Shown here piece by piece: positions 1 to 12,700 of a stretch of 64,000 nucleotides of DNA (the first letter of the stretch is position 1; each line of letters begins with the position of its first letter). The translations under genes were made by a program, and so were the position numbers. Origin of the DNA: Chlorokybus atmophyticus (lineage: Eukaryota; Plantae; Mesostigma and Chlorokybus algae); contig RHPI01001292.1 in the NCBI GenBank assembly GCA_009103225.1, positions 352,430 through 416,429 on the forward strand. Reading direction: 5' to 3'. A model generated the notes under the pieces. That model saw nothing but the letters and a program-made list of their open reading frames with translations. It was not told the origin of the DNA and did not search any database.

Positions 1-534
1 CCTTGGCTGATGTGACCAGCCTAGGGACGTTTACAATGTCCGAGGCTGATGTGTGATTAGTCTTGGGCGTTGAAAGAGGTCCAAGGGCTGATGTGGCAGC
101 CCTAGACATGAGTTGTGGTAAACGCAGCCATGACAAGGCATGTAGCCTTGGACTTGGATGTTCTAGGTCGGAGAGTAGCAAAGAGAGGGTATATGAACGA
201 CCTCAACATGTGTCGAGGCAGCTCAGCATGTGCATACTCGACTCTTGTGTGTGGGGTGCCTCGTTTAGTTGTTTAAGGGGCTCTCCCTCTCATCCCATGT
301 GGGGTGTGATGTTCGTGGCAGCTTTGCACATGTGTGTGAGGTGTGCTTGAGTGTATGAGTGTGTGGGAGCTGAGTAGAGAGGTTGGTGTCATCCTCTCCT
401 TCCTTGGTGCGGTGCTGTGACTTCATCTGCAAGGTACTGCACCAGTGACGCTGGTAGGGCTTCCAGTAGTAAGTCCTTGTGCTTGTGCATAACTTTGCCA
501 AGCCGCCCAGCAAGTAAGTGAGTGATATGTTACA
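1..534. mobile_element. Possible LTR/repeat remnant, truncated by the window edge
   Basis: Non-coding. Degenerate ~40-bp repeat with core GGCTGATGTG at 5, 44 and 86. Segment ends in TGTTACA (528-534), a typical LTR terminus. No retroelement ORF seen. Confidence 0.25.
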
Positions 535-2771
535 GCGAGGGAAAACAAGCGGGGCGGCCAAACTACTTTGGTAGTGATATTTACAAATCGGAATTGTGGT
601 GGCATATCACAATTCATCTTTTCACCATACCGTTTTTCAAGCCCCAATCTTCACTTTTGCCCCCTCTGCGACCTTAGACGTCCCTAAATTGGCTTTTTGT
701 CTAGATGTGCTTCTTTCATCACACGATCAACTCCATCGTGCAATAACGCATCATATGTCTAGAATACCACCTTTTACCTCCATGTATCATAAGGCACTCA
801 CGATCAGAGTAACAGTTTCAAGTGACATAATGGAGTGGTTTGTGTAGAATGTGACATAGTTCGTCATATGAAATCCACGTTAGTTTTTGTGTGAATCCAA
901 TGGTTTGGTGTGAATCTATGTTTTTGTAGAACGTGTTACACCGATCATCGTTTTCAATAAGCGTGATGATCAAAGTTACTTGAGTGTTGGTAACACTCAC
1001 AAATGATGTGATTGAGGGGTTAGCAGAAAACGTTTTGTACACGCTATGTTTATTTATGATATAGATATTGCATTGTACTGCTTCTTATAAACCTACACAA
1101 GCTCGTAGAAGACAACACCATGCCCTTCTTTATGCAACTCGAGAGGGTTTTTGCGTAAACTAGTTAAATCGTGTCATAACAAAAACTTGTTTTACATACC
1201 ACCATCCAGCTTTTCACCACACGGTTTTTAGAATTGTCATGTACACATTGCCCCCATATGTGCACATGTCCACGAAACTCCAATTAAAGTGCGGATATGT
1301 AAATGTCCCGACCGCCTTGTCTTCATGTGTCACGGTGGTGACCCTCGACACGCACTATCCCCTCGCCACCCTATAACGCACTGGTGTTGCCTAATTGACA
1401 GCCGGGCCGATCAATTCGTGTCCAAATTATCGGCTCAAATGCTCTGCCAATCAGGACATGGTCCTTATGTTGGTGGGCCGCCTAACCGCCGACTGCCGCA
1501 GTCGGCTGGCGGCCAGCACTGGCCTCCAGCCGAGACACCGTCCCTATAGCGGCGGGCCGCGCTGACACTCCACTTAAGCAATGCCCGTTAGAAGCGTCGG
1601 CAATGAGTTGCAAGTAGACGGACTGGAGCAGAAGCGGCGGTGGCATAGCCCGAGACTGATCAGTTGGCCCACTTGGAGCCGCTGAGCGCCCGAGGCTCAA
1701 TGAAGTAGAACCCCCGTAGTACAAGTAGTTCAGCAATAGATGTGTATGTGGTGTTAGGTGTACCAGCTGCTCCGACAGACAGTTGGTTATCCCCGGCTGC
1801 ACAATGCTGCAGTGCTTGCTCGCACTTGCACACTTGGTGCTTATAGTATGTGATCTCGTCTTACTTCGCTACCCATCCCTGCACACCTACACCGCGTGAC
1901 TGTGTGCATTCCCCAAGCATCCTTGTTTGAGAGCTTGTAAACTGATTACCACTTCTTACCAAGGTAAGGGGACTACATAGTTATATTTCCTCTCCACAGT
2001 CTCATGTACTCGTTATTGCATTACTACACGCATTGCAGCTTCGGTGCCCTTTTGCTTGGCCACTCGCAGGCTGCTCAATAGCACCACTCGTTTCTTAACA
2101 CTTGTACACAGTTGTGTACGTACTCCCACTGCGAGACACACCCTGCAGTCGAGGCTTCCTTGCACGACATATGTGTTACTAATTTGCATGTTAGATTTGA
2201 TCCATGCTGTGTTATTGCTGTCATTGATGTGTTTGATAGCAACCTGACACCTTTACCCTCCAATCTGCCTTATACATGCTAATGCAATACATCATATGAT
2301 GTGAAGTAAATAGAGCATTGCTTCATGGTGTTGGTTGCTGCTCGTTGCTTGCTTGTCCATTCATTGCTATACCTTATGCAAGTGAAAAATCTCGATACCA
2401 CCTGCAGCAGGTGGTATCAAGGTGACCTGCTATTGCTTTTCGCTCTTTTGTTACACAGCAGTATGCATACCATGCTTGTAGGCTACCGTAGGACGCCCTA
2501 CACACAGGCTTTGGCTGTGGGCCTAGCCTATGATATCACAGGTTGCTTAAGGAGTTGGACTTCATGAGGACGGCCCTTCGCGCGGTGAATACACACGGCT
2601 CGCCACTGCCACGTGTGTTTGCGTCAGCAGCGGTAGCAGCGTGGCCGGCGTGGGCGACGTCGCGATCGTCGGGGTCGTCGTTGGCGACAGTGGAGGAAGA
2701 GGATTGAGAAAAGCTTAGCAGCGTCCTTCTTGCCGTTGTCTCCGCCGGCTGCTTGATTGTTTACCCTCCTC

Positions 2772-3447
2772 ATGCTGCGGTGAGACGACGTTGGCTGCTG
2801 AAGTTACCAAGCTGGACAGTAGCAGTCGTTGTTTGCCGGTGGGCGGACTGCTTTGATTTTTTGTGTGTATGCTGCGGCGGTGATTGTCGGCTGAAGGTGC
2901 TTTGTTGGCTGGGTTTTTCTCTGGGCCAGAATTGCTGTGAGTGTGGAGTTGCTCGCAAAGCTCACGCCGTTGCCGCTTCTTGTGCAAGGTGAAGGTATGC
3001 GTGTTAGGGTTTCGCTGCGTGGTTTCAAAACAGCCGCATTGAAGCCCGTCATTACTGTTCTTTACAGGTTGCTGTTGCCGTTGTTGTTGTTGCTCTTGTC
3101 GCTGTTGCTGTGAGCCGGGAAGCACCGTTGGCGAGACGAAAGGGACAAAACACAGGACGCAAGAACATGCTGGTGTGTAGCATATTGATTGCTTGATGGC
3201 GTGTGGGTGTGTGGCGACGACTGCTTCAAGTTCCTTTGCTCCCTCATCAACAACATCGCAATGCTGCACCAGTGGCAGCATGCGAGAGGGATTCCTTACC
3301 GGGGAACAGGTATTGTGAGCGAACATGCAATCTGCGCATTTTTCTGCATTGTCATGCATTATCAGTGCTAACGAACAGTTATTATATTAACAGCAGCAGC
3401 AACTGATCTTTTACCTGTTGGCAGGGGCAGCCAAGAGGTCGCTGTAG
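2772..3447 (+). promoter_or_regulatory. Putative spliced Cys-rich upstream ORF in the SAT 5' leader
   Basis: ATG 2772. Predicted exons 2772-2779 (CG|GTGAGA), 2930-2994 (AG|GTATGC; alternative donor 2988 has the same phase) and 3068 onward give MLRIAVSVELLAKLTPLPLLVQGEG-CCCRCCCCSCRCCC-EPGSTVGETKGTKHRTQEHA. Stop is TAG 3178-3180, or TAG 3445-3447 if 3173-3230 and 3315-3424 are spliced. Confidence 0.45.
3004..3012 (-). promoter_or_regulatory. Telo-box (AAACCCTAA) in a SAT leader intron
   Basis: TTAGGGTTT at 3004-3012, inside predicted intron 2995-3067. Confidence 0.4.
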
Positions 3448-5583
3448 AGTGTGCCATTGCCACATTGCTCGGTTTAGCGGTTCCTCGCGCAGTGCGCATA
3501 GGGCTGGTGCTGTTGCGTGTGCGTGGCCTACCAACAAGAATGCAGACGATGTCGGCAAAAGCATTGCCAATGGCGCCAATGGCTCTGGGGATGTGGACAC
3601 GTGGCGCCACAGCCACCCTGTCTACATGCAGGTGTGGACTTTTCCGCTTGTTGGTCCGAAGGCAATGCTGTACTTGGCGCGTAGGCCATGTGTGTGCGTA
3701 GCAATTCGGCCTCAACCATTTTCTCAACCATTTGCTTCAGTTGCACGCTGTAAGGGACTGCACCTGTGTGCTTATTGCCAGCAGTGCGCTTGCAAGAAGT
3801 ACCTATATGGCATGTACTTTACGCAGTATGTGCTTCTGTGTTTAGTGGCTGCCTGCTGACACTGATGTTTACTGTTGAAGTCCATAGAATGGCCTATGCC
3901 ACGCACAGTAGCTAGATATGCAGTATACTAACAGGTTTCTTGCTGGAGGCTGAATGTCGGAGTTTATTTCGCTGGTTTTGTAATTGCTGCAGATGCTGCA
4001 ATTAGTGCATTGCGTGAGCTTGCTTGCATATCTACTACTTTTCAAGGTGATGCGTGCGCAGGGAGACGCAGTGGGCTTTTGCAACCTGCTAGAGAAGCCG
4101 AAGGTGGCGGCAGCAGGGTCAGACCCCGTGTGGGAAGCTATCAGGGCGGAAGCGCATCGCGATGCGGACAAGGAGCCAATACTCTCCTCTTTCCTATATG
4201 CCAGCATCCTAGCGCATGACAATCTGGAAGCCTCCTTGGCGTTTGTGTTGGCCAACAGGCTTACGTCCCCCGTCCTCTTGCCCGCACAACTCATGGAAGC
4301 CTTCCAGGACGTGCTTGATGCGGACCCGGGGATCAGAGATGCCATACGCGCTGACATTCAGGTGTGGGGTGCAACCTGTTCACTGCAAGGCGTCGTTGTG
4401 ACCTACTCAAAGGGTCCACTGTGCAGTCCTTTGGTAAACTCCTATATGCGTACAGGCTTTCTACGAGCGGGACCCAGCATGCACTGCCTATAGCCAAGCT
4501 CTGTTGTACTTTAAGGTAATGTGAAGCTCCTGTGTTGTATATGGCGTATGTTTTGGTCTACAGTAACAATTGTTTGGTTGTAAGTATTGTCAAACATCAA
4601 TGGGTAAAAAATGGTTGTTCATACTGCGCATCAATGTGTGCAGGGGTTCCATGCCCTGCAAACATACCGCATTGCACACCACTTGTACAAACGAGGTCAG
4701 ACGTTCCTGGCCGTCACTCTGCAAAGTCGTATGAGTGAGGCAAGTTTGCTGCTACTGAGCACCTGTTTGCTGAGACCCGGAAGTACTGACAAGTGCAATG
4801 CCTTAGTTAACGTCATCAGCCGACTGATGTGCGGGTTGCTTGCAGGTACTTGGCATTGACATCCACCCTGCAGCACAGATCGGTGAAGGAATACTCATTG
4901 ATCATGGCATGGGAGTTGTGATTGGAGAAACAGCTGTTGTTGGCGACAATGTGTCTATACTGCAGGTAATGTTGCATTGAACGTGTTTGTATCAGGAGCC
5001 TTTTTCATCTGCAAACTGAGCTCACACTGGATGTGTTGTTGCTACTGCATGTTGCATGGAGTAGAGCACGAGACCCACAGTTGCTGTGATGTGTAGGGCG
5101 TGACACTCGGTGGAACAGGCAAAGACCGCGGCGACCGGCATCCAAAAATCAAGGCGGGTGTGCTCATTGGTGCAGGTGCCACTATTCTGGGTAACATAGT
5201 TGTGGGACAAGGCGCCATGGTGGCCGCCGGCTCGCTCGTGTTGAAGCCAGTGCCTCCGCACAGGTGCACCATGATACTGTCTCGCATGTTACCCAACAGT
5301 CCTCTTGGGGGCTTTGTTGTGAGCTGACGGCGTGTCCATGTGTGTGCACATGCGGTTGCAGCATTGTTGCTGGCATCCCTGCAACTGTGGTGGGTGATAA
5401 ACTGCAGACAGTACCTGCGCTGGACATGAAGCAAGGTGTGTTTCGGTGTTGCCGTGGTTTGTTCTTATGCGTTTGCACATATTTACATGTAACACTTGCT
5501 CACTACCAGATGTGAGGTTCAACTTCTGCAACTTCTGGGATGAAGAAGTCAAGAAGCAAGTGGAGAAGCAGGCGCAAGGATAA
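3261..5583 (+). CDS. SAT: Serine O-acetyltransferase (CysE family, plant SERAT3-like)
   Basis: In-phase exons 3425-3631, 4062-4361, 4456-4515, 4644-4739, 4846-4965, 5097-5263, 5362-5435, 5510-5583. Motifs: [49 protein letters not shown], hexapeptide repeats [33 protein letters not shown]. Start unresolved (ATG 3167, 3261 or 3280). Confidence 0.95.
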
Positions 5584-6709
5584 GCACAGTACGCCGCACT
5601 CATGTAATTACAGCATAGCTCTTTGGTCTTCAAGTTCGTTTGGTTTGCACACATAAGGCTAGCTGCTTTGCGGTTGTCTCAGTTGTTTTAGATAGAGCCT
5701 CAGTACATATTCACTGTAACTAAAAAGAGAAAACAATGTTCACATGGTGCTGTGGGCATGCTGTAGTTGCATGGCTTAAAACAAAACCTAAAGTATCGAT
5801 GTTGTATGGTATCTACCCCCAAACAGCAGGCTGCGCCGCAAAGTATGCGCAGCCTGTCCCTTCACAGGACATGTGCAAGTGCATACATATCATCGCATCT
5901 TCTCTGCGCCGCGCCTCTCCTCTGCAGGTTGATGTAACTTCTACACCTCCCGCACCTTGCTGCTGCATGCTGCCTGAGGGTCTAGCTGGGAGTCTCAGTC
6001 CAAATCGCCAGCTGTCTAGTGTAAGTGGTAAAGTCTATGATTTGCCTTGGCCCCCATCTAATTGATTGCTATTGTATAAGAGGTAGTTTGCTAGATTAAC
6101 AGCAGTGTATAACATAGCATGCAAGGATTGTGGCATGCATGAGAATGTAGCAAACATGCATGCAGTCCGCACACTACATCGCATGTGTTTGGCCGTCTGC
6201 TTGCATTCGCCACAGTATGTTTGAGCGTGTCTCGCGCAGCTTTTTTGTGATATGTGCATGCTGCACATGACTTACAACATCAAACGCCAGCAACAGCAGC
6301 TTCATTACCATCTACTGCACATTTGGTTTTGCATTGGCTGGTCGTGTAAAAGCAGACAACATGGAAAGGGCTACCAAGCTATACAAATGCTGCCACAAAT
6401 GATGCGTATGTTGTTGCAAAGTCTTGATGCCAAGGATCGACCACTACCACTGCTTTCTGTACACTACAACAGTGCACACAAACAGTACTTGTAAGGCAAG
6501 TTGAGTGACCACCCCGCGTACCACAGTAACAGCATGCATAAAAGAGTCTTTGTACACCACATTGCATATTGGCATGGCAGCCACAACACCTGCCACAATG
6601 GCATCAACCAACAACTGGCCGCATATATATACACTGCTCAATAACCGTGCAATAGAGGTCCAACTGGTAGTCTCAACTACCAATGGGCTGAACAAGACAC
6701 CGGTGGAGC

Positions 6710-9700
6710 CTAATTGAACAGATCTTCTCGGTCCGCCTCAAGATTATCGCCCTCTTCAATGGTGCTAAACTCCAAGAAGTGGGTGGGTCGATGGACCTCA
6801 TCATAGTACTCGCGCGGGTTGCCCAGCCTCAAGTTGTACTTCATGCTGGATGAGTGCTTAACGCCCATAAAATTGTAGTTCCAGGAAGCCCCAGCTGGCA
6901 CCATGTAGAAGCCGAGGAAGCGATCACTGAGCAGCATCTGCACCTTCTCATAGTGGGTTGGCAGGTAGCCTTGCGGGTTGTTGGGATCGCGATTGTTCTT
7001 GCCCCACTCGTAGCCGGTTGGCGTGAGCTTGTAGGCAGTCAGGCTGCAGGAGCCAGGAGTAAAGCTGCACGTGATGACCACGCACTTCTCGCCGTCCCAC
7101 TGCTTGCTGCGCTCCAAGATGTGGGCGTGCTGCACAACATCCTGCGGGGCCATCTGTGGAAGCTCGTTGGGCTGTGTGTGCATCCAGCCAAGGGGCTCAA
7201 GGTCTTGCAGGTAGTCATGCTCTGGCAACTGGTTCGGCAAGTGGACCTGCTGATGAGTACCCCACTGAGGCACCATCACCACACACCTGATCTCCTTCAC
7301 TTGCGGGTTGTCAGGAGGGCTGACACCATACAGATACCCAGCAACCTGTGTCCTGAGATCAGCGATGCAGATGAACTTTTTGAGCACGTTCTTGGGCAAG
7401 ATGTAGGTGTAGCCAGTCTCCCTGATGTCCTCAGAATTCACGTAGATGTGGTTGACTCGCAGGTGCAGGTTGGCGGCCGAGATGGCACGCACGCGCCAGT
7501 CAGTCTTGGACCCAAACACGGCCTGCTCGTATGGACTGGTGGTGGTCACAATCAGCTCATCACCATGGACGTTCGTGGTCTTGGTTGTGACGGCAGTCAA
7601 CTGCGTAGCATCCTTGGCCTGCTTCTCAATCTCCGCAATCTGCTGGCGCTGCTGGGACGGAGGCGTGATCTCTGCACCCAAGATGATGTCTCGGATCTCA
7701 GACGATGTGAGGGCAGACACGTTGACATTGTTTTTCTTGGCATAGTCAGCAAGAATCAGGTCCTTCAGCGCAATCTCAACCTTGATCCATTGCTGGTCAG
7801 TCAGAGTGGGCCAAATGTGATGCGGCTGCGTCACCACTGTCTTGTCTGGCTTGAGAATCATTTTGGCCTTCTCGTTATTGACGTGCAGAGCCCTAAGAAT
7901 CAGGATGAGCCTGGAGAAGGCTGTGTATGAGGAGATGGTCTTCAGCCAGTCATCATAGATGTTGAACAGCACCATCTGCGGCTCCGTGGCCTTGAGGATG
8001 AGATCGCCAAACTTCTCAATCTTCAAGCATGCCTGGAAAGGCAGCTGCAGCTCAGAGCCCTTGATGACGATGTTGGGGAAATCGAGCAGATGCACCTCCA
8101 ACGGATCAAGCATGCCTTTGCGCGTGACAATGATCTGCTTGGGCTGTTCTTCCACTGGCAGCGAGCGAATGAGAGCGGCAACCTCCTCAGCAGTCTTCCA
8201 CTTGGCTAGCTGACCCAGACGCTTCTGGCCGGCCCACACGCTAGTATGAATGACCTTCAAAAACAGCTGTCCAGTGCGGGGGTTGAAGATGAAGATAGCG
8301 CCGTTGATTGGCTTGGTGGTCAGGTTACCCTCAAAGGTCTTGTGAATAGTCACGCGGTACACATTGGTGTCATCCACAAACCAAATGATCTGGTTGCTGA
8401 ACAGCTCGCCATAGTTCTGCGCGCTTAGGTAGGGCTCTGTTGGCTCGGAGGAATACAGCTGCAGACCCTTGCGAATGCGCTCCCTGAGCACATACAGAGC
8501 TGGGTTGGCCTTCATGATCTTTGCCATTGCCTGTGCGATCAAAGGCTTTGCTCCAGGGAACCAGTTGCCGAAGGCAGAGTGCAGATTGTATGCCAGATCA
8601 ATGCCAATCATGCACCCTGTTGGCGAGGGGTAGATGGACATGGTGTCGGTGGTGTAATCCAAGAACTTGGCGCGGGTGTAACGCTCAATGTCATGGGAGT
8701 CATAATCACCCCACCTCAACTGCACATCCAGCCAGTACTTGTTGCTCGACTTCTGGTCAAACACATCCTTCTGATCAGCGACAAGGCTGGGCTTGCTGAT
8801 GGGCCACTTGTACGCTGCAAACAGCAGGATGTCTGCACAGGAGCTGTTCATCTTGTAGCTCTTCCTGGGATGGATGGTTTCCTTCTGCACAGTCTCAATC
8901 TCAAGGGCGTCCAGCTCCTGATCAAAAACCTGGCAGAGATCCATCACCACACTCTCGTGAATCTTCTGCCACAAGTGCGCACGGAAGATCTGGATGAGGG
9001 AGATCTTTAGGGTGGGAATCTTGCCGTGCATGAAAATGCCAGTAAGATCCAGCTGGACTTGGAAGCCGACATACACATTGGCACGGTTGATCGTGGGGGA
9101 CCACCAGAGCGTGAAACGCCTGTTGGGGATCTGGTTGAGACCGGACCGCTGTGCATGGGTGAGCTTCTTGTACTTCATGGACTCCTCAAAGCCAGAGGCC
9201 TTCTCCCAGAAGAGACCCTCCCAGGTCGGGAAGTAGGTGCCCTTGAACAGAGTGTGCTCCAGAATACCCTCAACACCACCCAGAGCCTGGATGACATCCG
9301 TTCGGTAGTTGTTCAGGTTCCAGAGCTTTCCATCGTGACGCTGATGAGTCCACCAGAAGGGGTTCTGCTTAAGGACCTGGTACTGCTTGAAGTCTGTGCG
9401 AACGCGCCAGCCTTTGTCATAGGCCAGTGTGTGGCGATCCTTCTGGAACAGAGTGTTGATGCGAGGAATACCACGGTCCCAGGAATCCTCCAGATCCTCC
9501 AGTGTCAATCTGCGGTTCTGAGCAAGCGCCTCCTGCCGCTTCAGTGCATACTCAGCCCACACGCGCTGCGAGTCAATGAACTCACTCTCCCAAGGCTGGA
9601 TGTAGCGGTACAGGTTGGGGATGAGCTGATCTTGCTCGTGCGACATGCCGGAGCGGAAGTGGGTGACGCCCACATCTGTCTGCCTGGAATACTGAAGATC

Positions 9701-12700
9701 ACTCTGTGGAATGAGGATGTGGCCCATGCTCAGCATACCCAAACCACCGATCTCCTTGGGAGTGTAGAAGATGACGGGCGGGAATCTGCTAGGCATCTTG
9801 GAATTCAGCCCAATCTTGATACGTGTCTGGATCTTGTTCTCGCACTTGACCATCAAGTCCAGCAACTCCTGCGTGTGCACACTAGCCTCTCGAACATAGG
9901 TCATCAGCCCGATCAGAGCTGTGTTCCACTTGTTGGCGATCTTGGTGAATGTTGTCGAGCCACTGGACATGAGAATCTGGCGCACACGCGTCTCGAATGC
10001 CTTCATGAGCTCATCATCCACTCGAAGGAACGCCGTGGCCGTCCGCTCCTTGGTAGCTTCGTTCTGCAGGTTCCAGACACCATCCTTGCTGGTGAAGGCC
10101 TCCTGTGCCATGCGAATCTTTGGAAGTATGCGCACTTCAAACCCAGACATGGAGAACAGCAGATTGGGGTTGTCCTTGCTGTACACGGACACAAAGCTGT
10201 TGTCCCAGTCTAACGTGGTGATGCTGCGAGGCAAGCGGTTCCTCATGTCCCAGAAGACAGCGCGGCCAAGGTTCACGTCATGCTTCATGAGACGCATGCG
10301 AGCATCGCGGGGCCAGCACTTGCGGTTGTTGTAGCCCACGATATTCTCGTTGTTGGGATCTGGATGCTCAGTGAGGTAGCGCTGGATAAGATCGCGTGCC
10401 TCCTCATGAGTAAAGCGGAACAGAATGTGCAGCCTGTCGATGTACCGCGAGTACATGCGAATGGGATGCCGCGTCTCTGTCTTGATGTCCCTAAATGAGG
10501 CGAAGTCGTTGGGAGTCTGAGGAGGCCCCGCCAGCTCACTGGCGCGCGTCAATCCCAGCAGCAGCAAGTCCAACACCAACCCATAGTACTGCACAATGAA
10601 GGAAGCAAACTGCAGCCCGCGGATCAAGCCATAGGAGTTGGTGTGGCTCATGTCCTTGTAGGAGATGACAATATTATTCTTGGCTGTCATGTAGTCAGCG
10701 ATGTTGTGATCCACGATCAAGCGCAACAGCCTGTTGAGCATAGTCAGATCCACCTTCTCGTACAAGCGCTCCAGGCGTGTCTGCATCATCACAAGGCATT
10801 CGCCATTGCCGGTTTCCCACACGTCAACGAGGTTGTTGATGCCCTGGCACCACTTGTAGACAAGTAGCGGAGGTGGCTCACTGTCAGCTGGCTTCACCCA
10901 GTTGGGAAACAGAGACCGCTTGTCACCCTCGTACCAGAGGTACTGATCAAGGTAGGCATCCGTGATCTTCTCCAGAGGCTCGATCTCGTAAACCGGAATC
11001 AGGTGAGTGTAGAGGTCCATGAACTCAATTCCGACCTCCTTGAATGCGCGCTGGGTGAGCAGGTGGCGCTTGATGCGAGACAAGGCCTCATGTGGGTTGT
11101 CATATGCCTGCTCAATCAGCCCAAGCTCCTCGCGCTGCTGCTGATTCAGGCGCACAGACACTGTGTAGGCCTCCTTGAGTCTCTCCAGCGCCAGGATGAG
11201 CAGCTTGGTGTCATGCTTGTAGGAAAGCGGCGGGAAGGGGATGGGCGAGAATTTGCGGGACTCCAGCCAGTGCACAGTGGTGGTGTAGATGGCGACAGCC
11301 TCTTCTGCAGTGACATATGGCCCATCCTTTAAGTAGTTGTGCTGCCTCTCCTGCTCAGCCTTCAGCCAGAGACGAGTGAGGCGCCCGAGGTTCTTGCGGG
11401 AGACAGTCTTGTCAACTGTGGCACCACGGCGAATGCGCTCTCTGTTGTAGTGCGCAACGTTCGTCCACCAATCTGCCTTGGACTTGACATACCGCAAAAT
11501 CATGTTCTCGATAGGAGCTGGCAAGCCAGGGACCTTCCAGGGGATGTTCGCCTTCCAACAGCGCCACGCTTCGCTAAGATGCTGAAGAATGGTGCGAGCC
11601 TTGTTCTGCTTGACACCTTCTGGCATCATGTCAAGAATGTCATGCATGACTGCAGCGCGCAGCTCCAAATCATAGTGACTCTCCACTCTCTGCTTGGTGA
11701 CAGTCTTTGCCACAGCCTTGGACTGCCTGCCCTCAAACTGACGAGCAAGAAGGTTGCCGAGCCAGCGCTCCAGCAATGGGACAATGCCGCGCAGGAAGAA
11801 CAGCCACACGCGCCACACTGGCGCCCAGAAGCCGCAACCAGGGCCCTTGCCAACTGGACCAGAGTTGAAGCGGTAGTAGACCAGGTGCTTCAAGTCTTTG
11901 CACATGCGAATCTGCCGCATCAGCCTGTACTTGTACCTGTACATACCCGTCAACTGGCCAACGTGGGCGAAGATGTACTGCAGCCCGTCTGCAAGCTGGA
12001 AGGCATCAACGTTGCCAAGCCGGAACTGCACATTGCTGTCCACCACCAGCTTCGTCAAACGCAAGATCTCACGGCACAAGTGGAACGCATTGCCAAAGCG
12101 TGACTTCTTACGCTCCTTCGTGGTCAGAGTCTTGATGGGCTTGAGATTGAAGTTGTAGTCCAGATGCAGGTAGTTGAGGTTCTTTCGGTGAATCAGCAAG
12201 TTGAGCATGTTGTACCCCTGGCGACACACCTGCAGGCCAACCTCCACCCAGTCCAGCTCAGTGGTCTGAAAGAATTTTGTGGCCCGCAGCGACCGGAACA
12301 GATACTTCTTCTTGAGTGCCTTGGGCGCTCGATGATGCAGAGTGTTCAGCACATACATCTTCAGCAGCTTCTGGTAGCTGACGCGAACCTTCACAGGGTA
12401 GTTGGGAGGGCAGTGCTCTCTAAACCAGTTGGCCACAAGCGGCACATCCACAGCACGCCTTGTACGACCGGAGCGCTTGTTGAAAGGATGAGGCGCGAAC
12501 AACAGCGCAATTGCACTGGCAGTGGTGTCAGTGTACAACGGCTTGCTCTCCAGGAAAGGCTCCACACCATCAGGCAACACAAAGTCATCATCATCTTCAG
12601 CTTCTTCAACCTTCCGGTCAGCCTTCCCAGTCTTGTAGAAGGCAATGGGATGAATGAGAGGGTCAAAATAGAAGGCTGGCAGCTCAGGGTCCTCAGACTT

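Noticed and set aside
5-130. CRISPR-like repeat-spacer pattern
   Set aside because: Only a 10-bp core with three copies, related 'spacers', no cas genes, and a eukaryotic context.
9160-9230. PRP8 intein
   Set aside because: The classic insertion site FWEKA|SGFEES is uninterrupted, and the total length (~2354 aa) leaves no room for an insert.
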